This document shows positions 34,539 through 37,632 of a stretch of 37,632 bases of DNA, piece after piece. The translations under genes and the position numbers were made by a program. Within the stretch, counting starts at the first letter, position 1. Every line of letters starts with the position of its first letter. The DNA comes from a virus (Duplodnaviria; Caudoviricetes), in IMG/VR virus record IMGVR_UViG_3300020043_002248, positions 1-37,632 of that record; one strand, written 5' to 3'. The notes below the pieces were generated by a model, which saw nothing but the letters and a program-made list of their open reading frames with translations, did no database searches and had not been told where the DNA came from.

Positions 34539-34984
34539 AGAAGTGCACAGGCTGTGATGAAGTTCTTCCACTGTCGTCTTTTTCAAAACACGCTAAAAAC
34601 AAAGATGGCCTACAGCAAGAATGTAAAGCTTGTAATAAAACCTCTTCAAGTATTTGGCGTAAAGAGAACAAAGACGTTTTTGCTTTAAAACGAATTAAAG
34701 AACGGGCAAAAGAAAAAGGCCTTGATTTTAATTTGACTAGGGAAGACATTCAACACCCGCCTGTGTGCCCTGTTTTTGGTTTCACTTTAGAGCGGTCTAA
34801 TGACGGCCTACCTAAGAAGAACTCACCTTCTGTGGACCGTATAGACCCTAATAAAGGATATACTAAAGATAACATTCAGATAATTAGCCAGCTTGCAAAC
34901 GCAATGAAACAAAACGCTACACCAGAGCAGTTAATTGCTTTTGCAGAATGGGTTCTTAAAACATATCAAAAGGAAAGTAAATGA
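34535..34984 (+). CDS. HNH-like endonuclease
   Basis: CPVFG...SVDRIDPNKGYTKDNIQIIS...N; N-terminal CTGC...CKAC finger. Confidence 0.82.
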   Translation: MKKCTGCDEVLPLSSFSKHAKNKDGLQQECKACNKTSSSIWRKENKDVFALKRIKERAKEKGLDFNLTREDIQHPPVCPVFGFTLERSNDGLPKKNSPSVDRIDPNKGYTKDNIQIISQLANAMKQNATPEQLIAFAEWVLKTYQKESK

Positions 34985-35763
34985 GACATTTAGTCGTGCC
35001 AGACACGCAGTGCAAGCCGGGACACTCTTTTGAACACCTCACGTGGGTTGGTCAGTACGCTGCTGAAAAGAAGCCTGATGTCATTATCCATCTAGGCGAT
35101 CATTGGGATATGCCTAGCCTGTCTATTTATGATGTAGGTAAGAAAGCCTTTGAAGGCCGTACATATCAGGCTGATATTGATGCTGGACTTAAAGGTATGG
35201 AAGCTTTATTAGCTCCGATTAATGAAGAGAAAGAACGTCTTAAGCGAAACAAAGAGAAGCAGTGGAAACCCCGTCTTGTGTTCTTATGTGGAAATCACGA
35301 GGAGCGTATTCAACGAGCTATCAATAGCGATCGCAAACTAGACGGTCTGATTGGTTATGATGATTTTGCTCTTGAGAAATCAGGATGGGAGTTTGTAGAT
35401 TTTCTTCAACCTATCATCATTGATGGTATTGCTTACTGTCACTACTTTACCTCTGGTGTTATGGGTCGTCCTGTTAGTTCCCCTGCTAACATGCTGACAA
35501 AGAAGCACATGAGCTGTATCATGGGACATGTCCAAGATCGTGGGATCGCTTTTGCTAAACGCGCAGACGGTAAACAAATGACTGGTCTTTTCGCTGGTAT
35601 TTGCTATCCTCACAACGAGGATTATTTAACACCTCAGACGAACGGCTCATGGGCTGGTGTTTGGATGTTAAACGATGTGCAAGACGGTAGTTTCGATGAA
35701 ATGCCTGTTAGTCTTAAATATTTGAAGGAAACTTATGAGCAAACCAACAGTAAGAGAGATTGA
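34981..35763 (+). CDS. Calcineurin-like metallophosphoesterase
   Basis: PDTQ, LGDHWD, GNHE, CH and GHVQ motifs. Confidence 0.88.
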   Translation: MRHLVVPDTQCKPGHSFEHLTWVGQYAAEKKPDVIIHLGDHWDMPSLSIYDVGKKAFEGRTYQADIDAGLKGMEALLAPINEEKERLKRNKEKQWKPRLVFLCGNHEERIQRAINSDRKLDGLIGYDDFALEKSGWEFVDFLQPIIIDGIAYCHYFTSGVMGRPVSSPANMLTKKHMSCIMGHVQDRGIAFAKRADGKQMTGLFAGICYPHNEDYLTPQTNGSWAGVWMLNDVQDGSFDEMPVSLKYLKETYEQTNSKRD

Positions 35764-36091
35764 GGAATATATGGCTGCTTTGAACATCCCGATGGAACAA
35801 CGCTTTACGCAAGGCTTAAACGGCACATCAGCTGAAGACTTCAATGTAATTAGTAAACCAAAGCATTACATGTTGTTTGCTTGGGATGAACTACCTACAG
35901 GAGGAGCAGGTATTGAGGTACGTGATGTAATTGAGAAGCTTGTAAACAAGTTTGGCCCTCCCGTAGAAGGTATGTTCATTGCTGATTATGTACAACTTAT
36001 GCAGTACTTAATGAGATTCATGGACAAGAATGGTAAAGAAGACCTCGAAAAAGCTCGTTGGTATCTTGACAAAATGATTTCATCATACTAA
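35735..36091 (+). CDS. DUF3310 / T7 gp1.7-like (nucleotide kinase-like) protein
   Basis: KPKHY...YLMR...KNGKEDLEKARWYL. Confidence 0.78.
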   Translation: MSKPTVREIEEYMAALNIPMEQRFTQGLNGTSAEDFNVISKPKHYMLFAWDELPTGGAGIEVRDVIEKLVNKFGPPVEGMFIADYVQLMQYLMRFMDKNGKEDLEKARWYLDKMISSY

Positions 36092-36094
36092 AAT
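36066..36094 (+). promoter_or_regulatory. Sigma70-type promoter for the RNR
   Basis: TTGACA-17 nt-TAAAAT. Confidence 0.65.
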
Positions 36095-36130
36095 GCCTGC
36101 CCACTAAAAATAACACATGGAACTGAACAA

Positions 36131-37632
36131 ATGAATATGACACCCTACCAGACCTACATTGCCAAGAGCCGTTATAGCCGCTACTTGGACGATAAAGGCC
36201 GTCGTGAGCACTGGAACGAGACAGTCTCTCGCTACTTTGACTTCATGGAGAGTCACCTAAGTGACAAACATAGCTACACCTTGACACCGGAGATGCGTAG
36301 CCGTCTTGAGGGTGCAGTGATGAACCTCGACGTTATGCCCTCTATGCGTAGTCTTATGACTGCTGGTGATGCCTTGGAACGTCAGAACGTAGCTGGTTAC
36401 AACTGCTCATACTTGCCCATTGATGACCCTAAGGCCTTTGATGAGGCTATGTACATTCTCCTGTGTGGTACAGGTGTAGGTTTCTCTGTGGAGCAGAAGT
36501 ATGTCAACCGTTTACCTGAAATCCCTGAAAAGCTTTATGAGTCTAATACTGTGGTTCACGTTAAAGACTCCAAAGAAGGATGGGCAAAGGCACTACGACA
36601 AGTACTTGCCCTCCTGTGGGCAGGTGAAGTACCTAAGTGGGATGTCTCCGCTGTACGTTCGGCAGGAACACGCCTTAAAACATTCGGCGGTCGTGCAAGT
36701 GGTCCTGAGCCGTTGGTCGAACTCTTCAAGTATGTCGTACAGAAGTTCAAGGGAGCACAGGGTCGGAAGCTATTCTCGATTGAAGCACATGACATTCTCT
36801 GCAAGATTGGGGAAGTCGTGGTTGTCGGTGGTGTACGTCGATCTGCTATGATCTCTCTGTCTGACTTGGGTGATGATCGTATGGCTAAGGCTAAAGCAGG
36901 TGCTTGGTGGGACGGTAATGGTCAACGAGCCTTGGCTAACAACTCAGCTGTGTACGATGTCAAACCTGACGTAGGCCAGTTCATGCGTGAATGGAGCAAT
37001 ATCTATGAATCACACTCAGGTGAACGAGGTATCTTTAACCGCTATGCGTCAGAGATTCAAGCAGCTAAGAATGGTCGTCGTGTACTCAATAAAGAGTGGG
37101 GTACTAACCCTTGCTCTGAGATTATTCTCCGTCCTTATCAGTTCTGCAACCTCAGCTCAGTTATTGTTCGTGCGGATGACACTGTGGAGTCTCTCAAAGA
37201 GAAAGTGGCTATCGCGACTATACTTGGAACTTTCCAATCGACGTTGACTAGCTTCCCGTACCTGCGTAAAGTGTGGCAGACTAACACTGAGGAAGAGCGT
37301 TTGTTGGGTGTCTCCATGACAGGTATCCTAGACAATACCTTGTTGAACAACGCCTACGATAAAGGCTTGCCTGCACGTTTAGAGGAGCTGAAGAATGTTG
37401 CTGTCGATACTAATAAGCACCTTGCTGCTGAACTTGGCATCAATGCTTCTGCTGCGATCACGTGTGTCAAGCCTGAGGGAACTGTTAGTCAGCTCACTGG
37501 TACTGCTAGCGGCATTCATCCTCAACATAGTGCTTATTTCATTCGTCGCGTCCGTAGCGATGCCAAAGATCCGCTTACTTCTTTCTTGAAGGATGCTGGT
37601 TTCCCTTGGGAGCCTTGTGTCATGAAGCCTGA
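36131..37632 (+). CDS. nrdJ: Class II (adenosylcobalamin) ribonucleotide reductase, N-terminal part; absent from the ORF track because it runs off the end (632 aa in total when circularised)
   Basis: MNMTPYQTYIAKSRYSRY..., PSMR, YNCSY, GTGVGFS, VVGGVRRSA, TNPCSE, FCNL, VKPEGTVSQL; no R2 subunit gene present. Confidence 0.93.
   Translation, partial: MNMTPYQTYIAKSRYSRYLDDKGRREHWNETVSRYFDFMESHLSDKHSYTLTPEMRSRLEGAVMNLDVMPSMRSLMTAGDALERQNVAGYNCSYLPIDDPKAFDEAMYILLCGTGVGFSVEQKYVNRLPEIPEKLYESNTVVHVKDSKEGWAKALRQVLALLWAGEVPKWDVSAVRSAGTRLKTFGGRASGPEPLVELFKYVVQKFKGAQGRKLFSIEAHDILCKIGEVVVVGGVRRSAMISLSDLGDDRMAKAKAGAWWDGNGQRALANNSAVYDVKPDVGQFMREWSNIYESHSGERGIFNRYASEIQAAKNGRRVLNKEWGTNPCSEIILRPYQFCNLSSVIVRADDTVESLKEKVAIATILGTFQSTLTSFPYLRKVWQTNTEEERLLGVSMTGILDNTLLNNAYDKGLPARLEELKNVAVDTNKHLAAELGINASAAITCVKPEGTVSQLTGTASGIHPQHSAYFIRRVRSDAKDPLTSFLKDAGFPWEPCVMKP
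37512..37632. repeat. Terminal direct repeat copy of 1-121
   Basis: Exact sequence identity with the window start. Confidence 0.95.

Noticed and set aside
36090-36130. NrdR box or cobalamin riboswitch upstream of the RNR
   Set aside because: The leader is about 40 nt and shows no matching palindrome or room for a riboswitch
1-37632. Lysogeny module, tRNA genes or alternative genetic code
   Set aside because: No integrase or repressor recognised, no cloverleaf noticed in the short intergenic gaps, and core genes translate intact with the standard code

Overview
The window is a complete, circularly permuted genome of a lytic podovirus-type tailed phage. Its unique length is 37,511 bp; bases 1-121 repeat exactly at 37512-37632 inside the RNR gene, which looks like an assembly overlap. 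There are two oppositely oriented arms. The + arm (about 22087 to the end, wrapping to 1075) carries small early genes, a T7-like replication set (primase-helicase, family A DNA polymerase, SSB, 5'-3' exonuclease, endonuclease I), ThyX, a metallophosphoesterase, a class II (B12-dependent) ribonucleotide reductase, a glutaredoxin and four free-standing HNH-type endonucleases. The - arm (21034 to 1115) carries terminase, portal, scaffold, capsid, tail adaptor and nozzle, tail fibres, ejection proteins and lysis genes. The arms converge on a hairpin terminator at about 1090-1113. I saw no RNA polymerase, integrase, tRNA or CRISPR array; the layout resembles Zobellviridae/cobavirus-like phages (inference). 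The most unusual part is the 1.05 kb non-coding divergence region (21035-22086). It holds a dense, regularly spaced set of matches to host protein-binding sites: DnaA boxes, Fis-type palindromes, IHF sites, three tandem NtrC-type boxes and two divergent sigma54 (-24/-12) promoters, one placed to drive the early genes. All protein calls come from motif recognition by eye; no database searches were run.
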